This document shows positions 29,752 through 41,347 of a stretch of DNA of 64,000 nt, piece by piece. This stretch comes from Nitrospinaceae bacterium (lineage in GTDB: Bacteria; Nitrospinota; Nitrospinia; Nitrospinales; Nitrospinaceae): the NCBI GenBank assembly GCA_965223665.1, contig OZ245011.1:2752001-2816000 (forward strand), read 5' to 3'. A program made the translations under genes and the position numbers. The notes below the pieces were generated by a model. It made no database searches. It was not told the DNA's origin and saw only the letters and a list, made by a program, of their open reading frames with translations. Within the stretch, counting starts at the first letter, position 1. Each line of letters opens with the position of its first letter.

Positions 29752-32065
29752 CTGATCTTCCTACAACTCCCTCCCTCTCCATTATTTCAATCATTCGGGC
29801 AGCCCGATTGTAACCCACTCGCAGTTTCCTCTGAACCATTGAGATGGAAGCCTGCTGTTCTCTCGCAACCAGGGCTACTGCCTCATCATACTTCTCATCG
29901 TATTCTTCATCTCCCTCTTCCTGATCTTTTTGATCAGCTACTACTTGAAAAACGTCTTCAGAGAACTCGGGACCAGATCCCTGTTCTTTAATAAATTTTA
30001 AAATACGATTGATCTCTTCATCGCTCACCAAAGCTCCATGAATTCTTTGTAGTCTCGAGGTACCGGGAGGCAAAAACAGCATGTCACCCTTGCCCAGCAG
30101 CTTTTCCGCGCCCATACTATCCAAGATAGTTCTGGAATCTACCCTGGATGTCACCTGATACGAAATTCGCGCAGGGAAATTTGCTTTAATAATACCCGTT
30201 AACACATCAACCGAGGGTCGCTGTGTAGCAACAATCAGATGAATGCCAGCAGCTCTGGCCATTTGAGCTAACCTTGTTAATGATTCTTCAACTCCTCGGG
30301 AAGAAACCATCATCAGATCCGCCAACTCATCAATTATAATTACAATATAAGGAAGCTTAGATGGCCGCTTATCTTCTTCACTTATATTCTCTGCCTCAAA
30401 ATCATCGTCTAAAAACTCTGAAGTACTGGGCGAGGGTTTTTTTAGTTTCGATTGCTTTCGGCTTTCAATATCATGTTCGCTTTGTAATTTTTCTATTCTA
30501 TTATTATAACCAGAAATATTCCGAACCGCCAACTCCGCCATCAATTTATAACGTCGCTCCATTTCCGAAACGGCCCATTGTAATGCAGCTGCTGCTTTTT
30601 TGGGATTCGTCACTACGGGAGAAATTAAATGAGGAATTCCATCATACATTGACAATTCAAGCATTTTGGGATCAATCATTATCATTTTTACTTCATCAGG
30701 ACTCGCATTTAAAAGTAAACTACAGATCATAGAATTGATTCCCACTGATTTTCCAGAGCCTGTAGAACCTGCTAACAATAAATGAGGAACTTGTGCCAAA
30801 TCTTGAACAATTGGCTGACCAATATTATCTTTCCCAACGGCTAGTGCCAATTTTGAATGCGCATCTTGAAAATCCTCAGAACTGAGGATTTCCTTTAAGA
30901 ATACGGTCTCCCGTTTGGGATTTGGCAACTCAATTCCCACCACAGGTTTTCCTGGAACCGGAGCTAAAATTCTAACGCTAGGGGCACGCATGGCTAATGA
31001 TAAATCATCAGTTAGAGACATAATACGACTCACTTTAATGCCTGGAGCCGGTTCAAATTCATAAAGGGTGATTACTGGTCCAGGAAGCACCTGCACCACT
31101 CGTCCTTCAATTCCAAAATCTAATAATTTTTTTTCTAAGATGGTTGAGTTGAGAATTATTTCCTGTTTCAATTTTTCAACATTTCTGATTTTTGAGGGAT
31201 CATTTAATAAATCCAAAGGAGGTACTTGATAATTCTCAGAATCTTTCATAAATGGGAAGTCTTCCTGAATGGCAAAATCTGCTTTATCTTTTTTCTCTTT
31301 ACTCTTTTTTTCAGGTAGGTCAAACTTTTTGGGAACTGGAGTCATGAGTTCATTTGATATTATTACGGGCTCACTTAATTTATGTTTTTTCACTTTCCCT
31401 TTATTTGTGGTTTTCCAAATATTCCAAGACTCTATCATCCAGGACTTAAAACCTTTAACCACTTCCAATCCCCATTGCAACCCCTGAATCAAACTTCGAA
31501 ATACAAACCGAACAGTCCTTTTTATAAAATTTCCAGTAATATCAATAAGGGTACTGATAGGCACGCCAAACATAGCAAACATGGAAATAAAAATAAGGGT
31601 GACCAAAAGCAATTGAGTTCCTACCGGGTTCAACCAAAGAACCAACCAGTTTGCCACCCATTTTCCAAGAAGGCCCCCAGATTGTGCCGCAATTCCGAAA
31701 AACAAATCATCCTTATATTGGATGGCCAACAGAGCACAAAAAGCAATTAAAAATAATGAACCGAAACCCAGTGCCACTGGCCACCGATAAAACTCTCTTC
31801 CTCGTATTAAAGCCCATCCCACCAGTAAAGTTACCAAGGGAAAAATAAATGCGCCCGTTCCCAAAGATTGCACTAATAAATCAGATAAAAATGCCCCAAT
31901 TTTTCCTCCCATATTGTTGACTTTTTCTACACCGGAAGAAAACTTATTAAATGAAGGATCTTTTGGCGAAAAAGTCACCAAAGCCATTAAGGTATACAAA
32001 GTAAAACCAATGGCAGAAATTCCAAATATATCTCGCGTTAAATGTGATGATGTATTTTCATTCAT
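29702..32065 (-). CDS. ftsK: DNA translocase FtsK
   Basis: 4-TM N-terminus, PHLLLAGSTGSGKS, IDELADLMM, ATQRPSVDV, gamma domain QRKLRVGYNRAAR. Confidence 0.97.
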   Translation of the reverse strand: MNENTSSHLTRDIFGISAIGFTLYTLMALVTFSPKDPSFNKFSSGVEKVNNMGGKIGAFLSDLLVQSLGTGAFIFPLVTLLVGWALIRGREFYRWPVALGFGSLFLIAFCALLAIQYKDDLFFGIAAQSGGLLGKWVANWLVLWLNPVGTQLLLVTLIFISMFAMFGVPISTLIDITGNFIKRTVRFVFRSLIQGLQWGLEVVKGFKSWMIESWNIWKTTNKGKVKKHKLSEPVIISNELMTPVPKKFDLPEKKSKEKKDKADFAIQEDFPFMKDSENYQVPPLDLLNDPSKIRNVEKLKQEIILNSTILEKKLLDFGIEGRVVQVLPGPVITLYEFEPAPGIKVSRIMSLTDDLSLAMRAPSVRILAPVPGKPVVGIELPNPKRETVFLKEILSSEDFQDAHSKLALAVGKDNIGQPIVQDLAQVPHLLLAGSTGSGKSVGINSMICSLLLNASPDEVKMIMIDPKMLELSMYDGIPHLISPVVTNPKKAAAALQWAVSEMERRYKLMAELAVRNISGYNNRIEKLQSEHDIESRKQSKLKKPSPSTSEFLDDDFEAENISEEDKRPSKLPYIVIIIDELADLMMVSSRGVEESLTRLAQMARAAGIHLIVATQRPSVDVLTGIIKANFPARISYQVTSRVDSRTILDSMGAEKLLGKGDMLFLPPGTSRLQRIHGALVSDEEINRILKFIKEQGSGPEFSEDVFQVVADQKDQEEGDEEYDEKYDEAVALVAREQQASISMVQRKLRVGYNRAARMIEIMEREGVVGRSDGIKPREVFVKPISMD

Positions 32066-33720
32066 GGTTTGTAAACCTGAGGGTCTTTTGATGTTATTAA
32101 TCGTTGAGTTTCATCCCAAAGTATTGTGTCCTTATTTTGGGTCTCGTCATTTTTGTCAGGATAATCGAGGTTATAATGAAGGCCTCGGCTTTCTTTTCTC
32201 TTTAGCGCTCCTTCAATAATTAATTGAGCTGTGATTGCCAGATTTCTTAATTCCAAGGTATCTTTCGTAATTTTAAAATCCCAGTAATATTCTTTTATTT
32301 CTTCCAACAAAAGTTCAATTCGCCTTTTAGCCCGGTAAAGTCTTTTATTGGAACGAACAATACCTACATAGTTCCACATCAATCGTCTAATCTCATCCCA
32401 ATTGTGAGAAACAATAACAGATTCATCACTTTTGACCGCGTCCCCACTATCCCAATCTGGAATCCGTGATTGGATAGAATCTAAATCCGAGGTAACTTTT
32501 GAAAACTCTATTGCCTTTGAGACAGCTCGATGTGAAAGAACTAAACCTTCTAATAACGAATTGCTGGCTAAACGATTGGCACCATGAAGTCCCGAGTAAC
32601 AAACTTCTCCTGATGCAAATAGTCGGTTAATATTAGTTTGCCCATTTAAATCCACCATCACCCCACCACACATATAATGTGCGGCTGGCACCACAGGAAT
32701 GGGTTCCTTCGTCATATCGTAGCCAAAAGATAGACAGGTTTTATAAATATTCGGAAATCGTTCACGTGTTCGATAACCTTCCAGGTGAGTCATATCCAAA
32801 TAAACACAATCGTCTCCGCTTTTCTTCAATTCATAATCAATGGCTCGAGCTACAACATCTCGAGGAGCCAGGCATCCCATAGGATGATAACTCTCCATGA
32901 AAGTCGCTCCATTTTTTAAATGAAGAATACCTCCCTCACCACGAACCGCTTCAGAAATTAAAAATGATTTTGCTTCAGGATGATAAAGACAGGTGGGGTG
33001 AAATTGAAAAAATTCCATATTGGCAATTTTTGCTCCAGCTCGATATGCTAAAGCAATTCCGTCCCCGGACGCAATATCTGGATTCGAAGTATAAAGATAA
33101 GCCTTACCTGCTCCACCTGTAGCAAGTAAAATAGCTTTTCCTAAAAAAGTAATAACCTCACCGGTTTCCTCATTTAAGACATACAGACCTAATGCTTCAT
33201 CCTCAATGCTTCCTGGAATTATCTTAGAATCGAGGTTGGCACGTGTGATTATATCCACTGCCATATGTTTGGGATAACATTCGATATTGGGTTTATTACC
33301 TACAGCATCTATTAGTGTACGCTCAATTTCTAATCCGGTAAAATCATCCGCATGTAAAATACGATGCTTTGAATGTCCTCCTTCGCGCGTTAAATGATAA
33401 GTATCTTCTTGCGTACGAGTAAACTTGGCACCCAATTCAACCAATTCACGCACCAAAGCAGGACCCTCACGAATAATACATCGCACAACATCTTCTTTAC
33501 ACAAACCCCGCCCTGCTTCCATGGTGTCAGCAACATGAAGATCAAAGGAATCATCCGCAGCCATCACCGAAGCAATACCCCCTTGGGCATATTTGGTAGC
33601 AGATTCTTCTATCGCATCCTTAGTGATTAGGGCCACAGATCCAAACTCAGCAACCTTGAGGGCAAACGTCAATCCTGCCAAACCACTTCCAATCACAATA
33701 AAATCTTTTGAGACCTTCAT
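32062..33720 (-). CDS. nadB: L-aspartate oxidase
   Basis: GSGLAG, AQGGIA, REGGHS..RILH, QFHPT, HYMCGG and GLHGANRLASNSLLE motifs. Confidence 0.96.
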   Translation of the reverse strand: MKVSKDFIVIGSGLAGLTFALKVAEFGSVALITKDAIEESATKYAQGGIASVMAADDSFDLHVADTMEAGRGLCKEDVVRCIIREGPALVRELVELGAKFTRTQEDTYHLTREGGHSKHRILHADDFTGLEIERTLIDAVGNKPNIECYPKHMAVDIITRANLDSKIIPGSIEDEALGLYVLNEETGEVITFLGKAILLATGGAGKAYLYTSNPDIASGDGIALAYRAGAKIANMEFFQFHPTCLYHPEAKSFLISEAVRGEGGILHLKNGATFMESYHPMGCLAPRDVVARAIDYELKKSGDDCVYLDMTHLEGYRTRERFPNIYKTCLSFGYDMTKEPIPVVPAAHYMCGGVMVDLNGQTNINRLFASGEVCYSGLHGANRLASNSLLEGLVLSHRAVSKAIEFSKVTSDLDSIQSRIPDWDSGDAVKSDESVIVSHNWDEIRRLMWNYVGIVRSNKRLYRAKRRIELLLEEIKEYYWDFKITKDTLELRNLAITAQLIIEGALKRKESRGLHYNLDYPDKNDETQNKDTILWDETQRLITSKDPQVYKP

Positions 33721-33903
33721 AGCTTGGGATTATATGACTTTAACCCTTTAAAATCAATGGGATAATAGGAGCAAATCAATACGGGGTTTTCTAGAATTTT
33801 TTCTTAAAAAATGAAACCTGTTAGGCGTAAGGGGTTAGGTAGGTTAAATAAATGAGCCCTGGCAATGGGAAAGAATCAATATTTTCGAAAATACGAGATT
33901 ATT

Positions 33904-35061
33904 TTAAGCTTGCGAGGCAACAGATATGAGTTTACGTGTTTCCTCACGTGCCCAACGATCTGCATTTAAAACATCTTCCAGGGAATTCAATTTATGGCTC
34001 TTATGGTTCTGCATGGTAAGTCGTATTATTTCGGCAATATCTTTATAAGGTATCAGTTGATCCAAAAATGCAGCGACAGCAATTTCATTAGCCGCATTTA
34101 AAACCGCTGGCATGGTATCACCCACTTCCAATGCATCTTTAGCAAGTTGCAGGCAAGGAAAACGTTTAAAATCGGGAGGTTCAAAAGTTAAATTCGACAT
34201 TTCGGCCAAATCTAATGAAGGCAAATCGCACTCCACCCGGTCCGGGTAGGATAACGCATAAGCAATCGGGACTCGCATATCCGGAATTCCCAGTTGAGCC
34301 ATAATGGAAGTATCAACAAATTCAATCATTGAATGAATAATACTTTGAGCGTGAACAATTATATCTACCGGGGTGTCCAACCCAAATAACCATTTAGCCT
34401 CGATATATTCCAATCCTTTATTCATCATGGTTGAAGAATCAATGGTAATTTTATTTCCCATAATCCAATTGGGATGATTTAGAGCTTCCTTGACCGTTAC
34501 TGTTTCCATTTGCTCAGTAGTAAATGTTCTAAAGGGGCCTCCAGATGCGGTAAGAATAATTCGTCTTACACGGTCGCGGTTTTCTCCATTGAGTGCTTGA
34601 AAAATAGCACTGTGCTCACTGTCAATCGGAATAATATAAGAACCATCCCTAACAGCCTCTACCATAAGCTTGCCTGCGGCCACTAAAGTCTCTTTATTTG
34701 CAAGGGCAATAGTTTTTCCCGATTGTGCCGCGGCATAGGTGGGAACTAATCCTGCAAATCCAACCATCCCGGAAACCACCAAATCAACCTCAGGGAGTGT
34801 GGCTGCAATTACCGAACCTGCTTCTCCAGTCAGAATTTCAACCGGAATTCCATTTAATAATTGCCGAAGCTCTTTAGCTTTATTTTCATCAAAAAGGGAA
34901 ACAACTTTAGGTTGGAATTTTTTGACCTGACCTGCAAGAACCTCCACATTACTTCCTGCAGCTAAGCTTAAAATTTGAAATTTTTCAGGATTGCGGGCAA
35001 CCACGTCAAGTGTATTTACCCCAATGGAACCGGTAGAACCTAAAATGGACAATGTTTTCAT
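33904..35061 (-). CDS. dxr: 1-deoxy-D-xylulose-5-phosphate reductoisomerase
   Basis: LGSTGSIG, LANKETLV, PIDSEH and TASGGPF motifs; probable start MKTLSILG at 35061. Confidence 0.97.
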   Translation of the reverse strand: MKTLSILGSTGSIGVNTLDVVARNPEKFQILSLAAGSNVEVLAGQVKKFQPKVVSLFDENKAKELRQLLNGIPVEILTGEAGSVIAATLPEVDLVVSGMVGFAGLVPTYAAAQSGKTIALANKETLVAAGKLMVEAVRDGSYIIPIDSEHSAIFQALNGENRDRVRRIILTASGGPFRTFTTEQMETVTVKEALNHPNWIMGNKITIDSSTMMNKGLEYIEAKWLFGLDTPVDIIVHAQSIIHSMIEFVDTSIMAQLGIPDMRVPIAYALSYPDRVECDLPSLDLAEMSNLTFEPPDFKRFPCLQLAKDALEVGDTMPAVLNAANEIAVAAFLDQLIPYKDIAEIIRLTMQNHKSHKLNSLEDVLNADRWAREETRKLISVASQA

Positions 35062-35332
35062 AAGCATCCACAACGAACAAATTAGTTTCAAAATTAATAG
35101 AAAGATGAAACTAAATTAATTATCCGCCCGGTTAGAGTCGTATAGACTAACATTTTTGATGGTCTTAAAAACGGTTGCCTACAAAACCATAATAAAAATG
35201 TTTTTTGTAATTATTTCTAAAAAAGTGGAAGAGCACTTACCACCTTCAAAAATCAAACTTTGAAACAATAGTTAAAACTCAAAGAAAAATTACCTCTACA
35301 CTAATCTGTCACTTTAACAGAAAAATGAAAGC

Positions 35333-36148
35333 TCAAAAAAATAGTCTTTGATAGCAATACAAAGCTGGACCTGCAAACATTAAGCTATCTAGTCGATCTA
35401 ATATTCCTCCGTGTCCGGGGATAAGAGAGCCAGAGTCTTTAACATTAGCACTTCGCTTTAATAGTGATTCAGCGATATCCCCAATTTGACCGATGATACC
35501 GCATAAAAGGGATATAATCAAACAATGCGTTATAGAAATTCCCTTAAGAAACCATAGGTTAGATAAAACACCTGCAAGCAACGCACCCCCAATTCCTCCG
35601 ATAGCACCTTCCACTGTTTTACCAGGGCTTATATTGGGAACCAAAGCAGTGACACCTAAAGTTTTACCTACAAAGAAAGCAACCGAATCACTTAACCAGA
35701 TTATTAAAAACAAAAATAATATGATTTGAGGTCCCTGAGGTTGATCGCGAATCAAAAGAAAATAACCCATTAAACCTGCCACAAAAACTACACCTAAGAA
35801 TGTATATGCTAATGGGTCTAATCCATCTCTAAAACTTTTAAAAGAATTTATCCAGGTAACGAATAACAAAAAAATTGCAAAGAATAACCACAATAAAAAA
35901 TAATCATTCATAAAAAAACACAATAACAGTAGAACGCATAACACACTACCAGTCAAAGGAAAGCCTTCAATACCCATGCTTCGTATTAAGTGAAAGTATT
36001 CATAAAATCCACCTAATGCTACCGCTAAGATCAAAACAAAAAATAAGTGCGCCGACCCGTATAAAAGAATACCCAAAGTTACAGGTATTAAAATTACAGC
36101 ACTGATTATTCGCTTAAACGTATTTTCAGTAAGTAAATTAGCTTTCAC
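35333..36148 (-). CDS. cdsA: Phosphatidate cytidylyltransferase
   Basis: ISPGKTVEG and GD..ES.LKR...VKDSG..IPGHGGILDR.DS motifs. Confidence 0.95.
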   Translation of the reverse strand: MKANLLTENTFKRIISAVILIPVTLGILLYGSAHLFFVLILAVALGGFYEYFHLIRSMGIEGFPLTGSVLCVLLLLCFFMNDYFLLWLFFAIFLLFVTWINSFKSFRDGLDPLAYTFLGVVFVAGLMGYFLLIRDQPQGPQIILFLFLIIWLSDSVAFFVGKTLGVTALVPNISPGKTVEGAIGGIGGALLAGVLSNLWFLKGISITHCLIISLLCGIIGQIGDIAESLLKRSANVKDSGSLIPGHGGILDRLDSLMFAGPALYCYQRLFF

Positions 36149-36179
36149 TATTTAGTAGTCAATGTAAATTTAGAATCGG

Positions 36180-36935
36180 TTAAGCCTTTACAATTTGTTC
36201 CTGAATAAGACCAAACCTTCTTTCTCTTTTTTGGAAATCAATGATAGCGGTAAGAAAATCTTCTTCTTTAAAATCAGGCCAAAGCACTTGAGTGTAATGC
36301 AGTTCGGTGTAGGCAATTTGATAAAGAAGAAAGTTACTAATACGTAGTTCTCCACTTGTCCTAATTAATAAATCAGGATCTGGAAGACCATGAGTGGAAA
36401 GTCCGTTTTCAAATTCCGGAAAATCAATGTCCTCGATGTGTAATCGTCCATCCAACACTTTTTGGGCAGTCTTTTTTACTGCATCAATAATTTCTTGCCG
36501 TCCCCCGTAACTGAGGGCTAAAGTTAATACCAACCCTGTATTATCACGGGTAAAATCTTTTGCGTGTTGGATAAGGTCTTGAATAGGACCTGGAAGTTCA
36601 TAAACACGGCCAATGGTATTAAATCTAATATTTTCCTTTTTCATTCGATCTAATTCCTTACGTAGAAATTGATCTAAAATTTTCATCAAAGCTTCAATTT
36701 CCGGCCGAGGACGATTCCAATTTTCATCAGAAAAAGAATATAAGGTAAGAGCTTCTATTTTCATTTTTGTAGCAAGGGTTACAATTCGATCTACAGACTT
36801 GACTCCCATACGATGTCCTTCAACGCGGGGCATAAAATTCTTTTTAGCCCAGCGACCATTTCCATCCATAATAATTGCTACATGTCGAGGTAATCTTTTC
36901 GGATTAATTTTTTGCATTAATGAGGTATTTGACAA
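36180..36935 (-). CDS. uppS: Undecaprenyl diphosphate synthase
   Basis: HVAIIMDGNGRWA, FS.ENW.RP and DLLIRTSGE.RISNFLL motifs. Confidence 0.96.
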   Translation of the reverse strand: MSNTSLMQKINPKRLPRHVAIIMDGNGRWAKKNFMPRVEGHRMGVKSVDRIVTLATKMKIEALTLYSFSDENWNRPRPEIEALMKILDQFLRKELDRMKKENIRFNTIGRVYELPGPIQDLIQHAKDFTRDNTGLVLTLALSYGGRQEIIDAVKKTAQKVLDGRLHIEDIDFPEFENGLSTHGLPDPDLLIRTSGELRISNFLLYQIAYTELHYTQVLWPDFKEEDFLTAIIDFQKRERRFGLIQEQIVKA

Positions 36936-37032
36936 GGTAGGATCTCCAAAGCATGGGAATAAATTTTAACCTACTACCCTAATGACGATAGTGGAGCAAA
37001 TTCAAATATTACTTAATATTATAAGGGAATAA

Positions 37033-37587
37033 TTATACTTCGAGGACATCTTTTTCTTTAATTGCGGCAATCTTATCAGCTTCCTCAATAAATTGGTCTG
37101 TCAATTTTTGAATCTTTTCATGCCCCTTGTGCTCATCATCTTTTGAAATTTCATGATTTTTTTCCATCACCTTGATCTTATCGTTAAAATCTCTTCGAAT
37201 ATTACGAATAGCCACCCGACAATCTTCGGTATATTTTTTTACAACTTTAGATAACTGCTGTCTACGTTCTTGAGTTAAGGGTGGAATACTCAGACGAATG
37301 ACTTTACCATCATTCGAAGGATTTAACCCTAGATCAGAAGATTGAATGGCTTTTTCAATTACAGGAAGGAGAGTAGCATCCCAAGGGGTAATAGTAATTG
37401 TTTTGCTATCAGGTACCCCCAGGGTTGAAGCTTGAGCTAAAGGGGTAGGGGTTCCATAATAATCCACTTTAATATCTTCAACTAATGAAACCGATGCTCG
37501 ACCAGTACGAATTTTTCCAAATTCTACGTGCAGGTGGTCAATGGAGGCTTTCATTTTTCGTTCTGATTCTTTTAATAATTCATCCAT
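37033..37587 (-). CDS. frr: Ribosome recycling factor
   Basis: IRTGRAS, VDYYG and RVAIRNIRRD motifs. Confidence 0.97.
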   Translation of the reverse strand: MDELLKESERKMKASIDHLHVEFGKIRTGRASVSLVEDIKVDYYGTPTPLAQASTLGVPDSKTITITPWDATLLPVIEKAIQSSDLGLNPSNDGKVIRLSIPPLTQERRQQLSKVVKKYTEDCRVAIRNIRRDFNDKIKVMEKNHEISKDDEHKGHEKIQKLTDQFIEEADKIAAIKEKDVLEV

Positions 37588-37588
37588 T

Positions 37589-38311
37589 TTAATTGGCTCC
37601 CACAGTGGTTCCTATTTTTTCACCTAAAATGGCTCTTTTGATACTATTTTTTTCACGGAAATTAAAAATCATCATTGGAAGCTTATTATCCATGCATAAG
37701 GAAACAGATGTCGAATCCATTACCTTGAGCCCCTTATTTAATACATCTATATAAGAAAGTTCTTGATACTTAGTGGCATTAGAATCCAGTTTAGGATCGG
37801 CTGAATAGACTCCGTCCACTTTGGTCGCTTTAAAAATGACTTCCGCTTCCACCTCGATAGCTCTTAAAGATGCTGCCGTATCAGTGGTGAAATACGGATT
37901 TCCCGTCCCAGCAGCAAAAATGACAACTCGATCTTTTTCTAAATGGCGAATTGCGCGGCGACGAACATAGGGCTCCGCAACCTGACGTATTTCTAATGCT
38001 GTCAAAACTCGAGTAGGAACTCCTTGCATTTCTAAAGCATTTTGCAAGGCTAAAGAATTAATGACCGTCGCTAGCATTCCCATATAATCTGCGGTAACTC
38101 GTTCCATTCCTAAATTGCTAACGGTGGCACCCCGCAAAATATTTCCACCCCCAATAACAATTGCAATTTGAACTCCTAAGTTTTTAGCTTCCAATATTTC
38201 AGTGGCAATGGAAGTAATAGCCACTTGGTCAATACCAAATCCACCTTCTTCGGCAGCTACACTTTCACCACCCAGCTTTAATAAAATCCTTCGGTACTTA
38301 GGTTGATCCAA
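37589..38311 (-). CDS. pyrH: UMP kinase
   Basis: [16 protein letters not shown] and [10 protein letters not shown] motifs. Confidence 0.97.
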   Translation of the reverse strand: MDQPKYRRILLKLGGESVAAEEGGFGIDQVAITSIATEILEAKNLGVQIAIVIGGGNILRGATVSNLGMERVTADYMGMLATVINSLALQNALEMQGVPTRVLTALEIRQVAEPYVRRRAIRHLEKDRVVIFAAGTGNPYFTTDTAASLRAIEVEAEVIFKATKVDGVYSADPKLDSNATKYQELSYIDVLNKGLKVMDSTSVSLCMDNKLPMMIFNFREKNSIKRAILGEKIGTTVGAN

Positions 38312-38325
38312 AATGCTCTCCTCAA

Positions 38326-38922
38326 TTACTTGGAAATTTCCATCCGATGAAATTCACCCACTGTAATATTTTCCCCTAATTTGGCAATTTTTTGTTTTAT
38401 CAATTCTTCAATTGTCAAACTAGTATCTTTAATAAAGGCTTGGTTCAACAGGCAATTTTCTTCATAAAATTTATCCATTTTCCCTTGGACAATTTTATCA
38501 ATGACTTTTTCAGGCTTTCCAGATTCTCGAGCTTGATGGGCAAAGATTTCTCGCTCTTTATCTAAAACTTCCTGAGTCACTTCTTCTCGTGATTTAAATC
38601 GTGGTTTAGATGCCGCTATATGCATGGCAATGTCACGTAATAAATCACGAAAATCATCTGTATTAGCAACAAAATCGGTTTCGCAATTTAATTTAACTAA
38701 AACTCCAATTTTGTTTCCTGCATGAATATAAGAACCTACAGAGCCGTCACCTGTTTCACGATCACCCTTTTTTTCTGCTTTCGCTATACCTCGCTTACGC
38801 AGGTAGGTCATTGCATCGTCTAAATTTCCTTCGTTCTCCTTAAGAGCGTTCTTACACTCCATAATTCCGGCACCTGATTTTTCGCGCAACTCTTTAACCA
38901 TTGCCGCTGTAACCTCTACCAT
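38326..38922 (-). CDS. tsf: Elongation factor Ts (short form)
   Basis: VKELRE.SGAG.MECK and NCETDFVA motifs. Confidence 0.97.
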   Translation of the reverse strand: MVEVTAAMVKELREKSGAGIMECKNALKENEGNLDDAMTYLRKRGIAKAEKKGDRETGDGSVGSYIHAGNKIGVLVKLNCETDFVANTDDFRDLLRDIAMHIAASKPRFKSREEVTQEVLDKEREIFAHQARESGKPEKVIDKIVQGKMDKFYEENCLLNQAFIKDTSLTIEELIKQKIAKLGENITVGEFHRMEISK

Positions 38923-38959
38923 TCTAAATTTCTCCTTTTCTTTCTTTACAAACAGAAAC

Positions 38960-39003
38960 CTTAAGGGAAACCTTTCCGAATAAAGTAGGAAAAGTACCCT
39001 TAA
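38960..39003 (-). other. Imperfect hairpin between rpsB and tsf (possible attenuator or processing signal)
   Basis: TAAGGG..CTTTCC / GGAAAAG..CCCTTA inverted repeat. Confidence 0.45.
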
Positions 39004-39063
39004 AAAATTTGAATTCTCAATTCGTTAATTAATAAAAACTGGATTACAAGCAAAACCTTTAAG

Positions 39064-39906
39064 CTATTCTTCTTTTTTCAATTCAGAATCCGTTTCTCCA
39101 GATGAAACATCAGCTTCAACTTCATCGGGCACCTTTGAAGGTTCTGTTTCTGTAGCCTCTGTAAATTCTTGCTTGGTATTGGAAGGCTCCTGCTCTTCTT
39201 GTTTATCTTTTTTGGAAGCCTTATACAACTCTTGACCTTCTAAACAAATATCAGCTAGGCGGGTGGTGAACAATCCAATAGAACGGATAGCATCATCATT
39301 CCCCGGAATTATATAATCAATTCCTTCGGGGTCACAGTTCGTATCTACAATGGCAATAACCTTAATACCTAACTTAACGGCTTCTAGTAAGGCAATACGT
39401 TCTTTTCTAGTATCAATAATAAATACAGCATCAGGAAGATCCCGCATTTGTTTAATACCGCTTAAAAACTTATTGAGTTTTGCAATTTCTTTTCGTTTTT
39501 GTTGAGCTTCTTTCTTGTGGAGTTGCTCAAAATTAGTCTCTTCTTCCATTTTTTCCAACTCCAAAAGACGGTCTATACTACGCCGTATAGTGGAAAAGTT
39601 TGTCATGGTTCCACCAAGCCAACGCTGATTCACATAATACATGCCACAACGTTGAGCTTGCTCAGCCACCAATTCCTGAGCCTGCTTTTTTGTAGCAACA
39701 AATAGTATTTTCTTCCCCTCCTGCGCTAGAGAACGAACATAATTTTCTGCTTCTTTGCATTTTGTTAGGGTTTTTTGTAAATTTACAATATGGATCCCGT
39801 TACGTGCTCCATATATATACGACCTCATTTTGGGATTCCACCGAGTAGTCTGGTGACCAAAATGAACCCCCGACTCTAACAGTTCTTTCATGGTAATTTC
39901 TGACAT
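39064..39906 (-). CDS. rpsB: 30S ribosomal protein S2
   Basis: [25 protein letters not shown] and PGNDDAIRS motifs. Confidence 0.98.
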   Translation of the reverse strand: MSEITMKELLESGVHFGHQTTRWNPKMRSYIYGARNGIHIVNLQKTLTKCKEAENYVRSLAQEGKKILFVATKKQAQELVAEQAQRCGMYYVNQRWLGGTMTNFSTIRRSIDRLLELEKMEEETNFEQLHKKEAQQKRKEIAKLNKFLSGIKQMRDLPDAVFIIDTRKERIALLEAVKLGIKVIAIVDTNCDPEGIDYIIPGNDDAIRSIGLFTTRLADICLEGQELYKASKKDKQEEQEPSNTKQEFTEATETEPSKVPDEVEADVSSGETDSELKKEE

Positions 39907-39929
39907 TAAATTCTCCTAAAAAACAAAAT

Positions 39930-40006
39930 TGGTTAATCCGCCGCCTAGTTCATCCCAAACCAAGAACCCGAAGGCCACCCTTGGTCCAGTCCATAGACGT
40001 GTGTAT
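39930..40006 (-). promoter_or_regulatory. rpsB 5' leader (S2 autoregulatory RNA element)
   Basis: Minus strand ACACACGT...GGGTG..CC...TGGGAT...GGCGGATTAACC resembles the conserved rpsB leader, directly upstream of the AGGAG RBS. Confidence 0.65.
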
Positions 40007-40229
40007 TGATAAATAATTAAAAACAGGTAAGTTATGCACTACAAGGTCATAAGATGCTGTGGCGAAAGTTTAACATATCCCTAATTCTCAGGCAAGGATT
40101 TACCATAATTACATGGGGTAATTATCCAATATAACTAAAGAAACGGAATTTCCACAAATATTTATAATTTTAGGAACTTTTCAGGACCAATGAATGAAGG
40201 ATAGGGTTTTTCAATCAGGTTAAAGTCTT

Positions 40230-41324
40230 TTATCTTCCAAAGGTGATACCAATAGATTCGGCCGATCTAATAAGTTGCGAATTAAGCGGTACTTGTCGTA
40301 CTTTTCCGGCTAATTTTTCCAAGGGAACCAGCACCAATTCGGGGGTTTTTAGAGCCACCATATTTCCAAAGCGTCCCTTAACTGCAGCATGGAGCGCGAA
40401 TGAACCCAAACGGGTGCCGAACACCCTATCAAATGAGTTAGGGGTCCCCCCCCTTTGTATATGTCCTAGTACCGTACATCTTACTTCGGAATCAATTTCC
40501 TTAACTAATTGATGGGCAATAAAATCTCCTACGCCTCCAAGTTTATCAACCCCTTGGAGTCTATTACCTGCAACTTCACTGGTAATTGGATTTCCCCCTT
40601 CTTCTACTGCCCCTTCAGCAACAACTATAATGGTAAATGGCCATCCATTTTCTTGCCGCCAGCGAATTTTATCCAACACCAAATTTAGATTATAAGGAAT
40701 TTCAGGAATCAATATTACATGCGCCCCACCTGATAATCCTGATTCCAAAGCAATCCAACCTGAATGTCTCCCCATTACTTCGAGAATCATAACTCTGGAA
40801 TGGCTTCGACCTGTGGTTTGCAATCTATCCAAGGCATCACTCGCTACTTGAACTGCAGTTTGGTATCCAAACGAATAATCTGTGCCATACAAATCGTTAT
40901 CAATGGTTTTGGGAACTCCAATTACAGGCATTCCTCTTTTTGAAAACTCGTTAGCAATTTGGAGGGTACCCTCTCCTCCAACGACAAATAAACAATCTAT
41001 TTGAAGTTGATCAAAGTTTTTTAGAACTCTTTCAGAATAATCATGAGTATTAATTTTTCCGTGTTCATCCTGTTCCTTGAAGGCAAAAGGGTTGCCTTTA
41101 TTAGAGGCTCCTAAAATTGTACCTCCCAATGTTAGAATGTCCCGAACACTTCGGGCAGTTAACTCTTGAGTGCGGTTAAAAATTAATCCTTCAAATCCTT
41201 CCTGAATTCCAATGACTGTCATGTCATGCTTCTGAATTGCAGCAAGAGTTATCCCGCGGATGACTGCGTTTAGACCTGAACAGTCTCCTCCTCCAGTTAA
41301 TATTCCAACTCTTTTAACTTTCAT
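40230..41324 (-). CDS. pfkA: 6-phosphofructokinase (PfkA family)
   Basis: TGGGD..GLNA, GGEGT, PKTIDND, EVMGR and LGHIQRGG motifs. Confidence 0.93.
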   Translation of the reverse strand: MKVKRVGILTGGGDCSGLNAVIRGITLAAIQKHDMTVIGIQEGFEGLIFNRTQELTARSVRDILTLGGTILGASNKGNPFAFKEQDEHGKINTHDYSERVLKNFDQLQIDCLFVVGGEGTLQIANEFSKRGMPVIGVPKTIDNDLYGTDYSFGYQTAVQVASDALDRLQTTGRSHSRVMILEVMGRHSGWIALESGLSGGAHVILIPEIPYNLNLVLDKIRWRQENGWPFTIIVVAEGAVEEGGNPITSEVAGNRLQGVDKLGGVGDFIAHQLVKEIDSEVRCTVLGHIQRGGTPNSFDRVFGTRLGSFALHAAVKGRFGNMVALKTPELVLVPLEKLAGKVRQVPLNSQLIRSAESIGITFGR

Positions 41325-41347
41325 GGAATGAATAGTTTCTAGTTTCC

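Noticed and set aside
35062-35332. 270-nt cdsA-dxr gap as an sRNA or riboswitch
   Set aside because: No recognisable aptamer, stable hairpin set or ORF could be supported by eye; an Infernal/Rfam scan would settle it.
38326-38922. Short (198 aa) EF-Ts as a truncation
   Set aside because: The short form is a normal EF-Ts type in several phyla, and the gene ends cleanly before pyrH.
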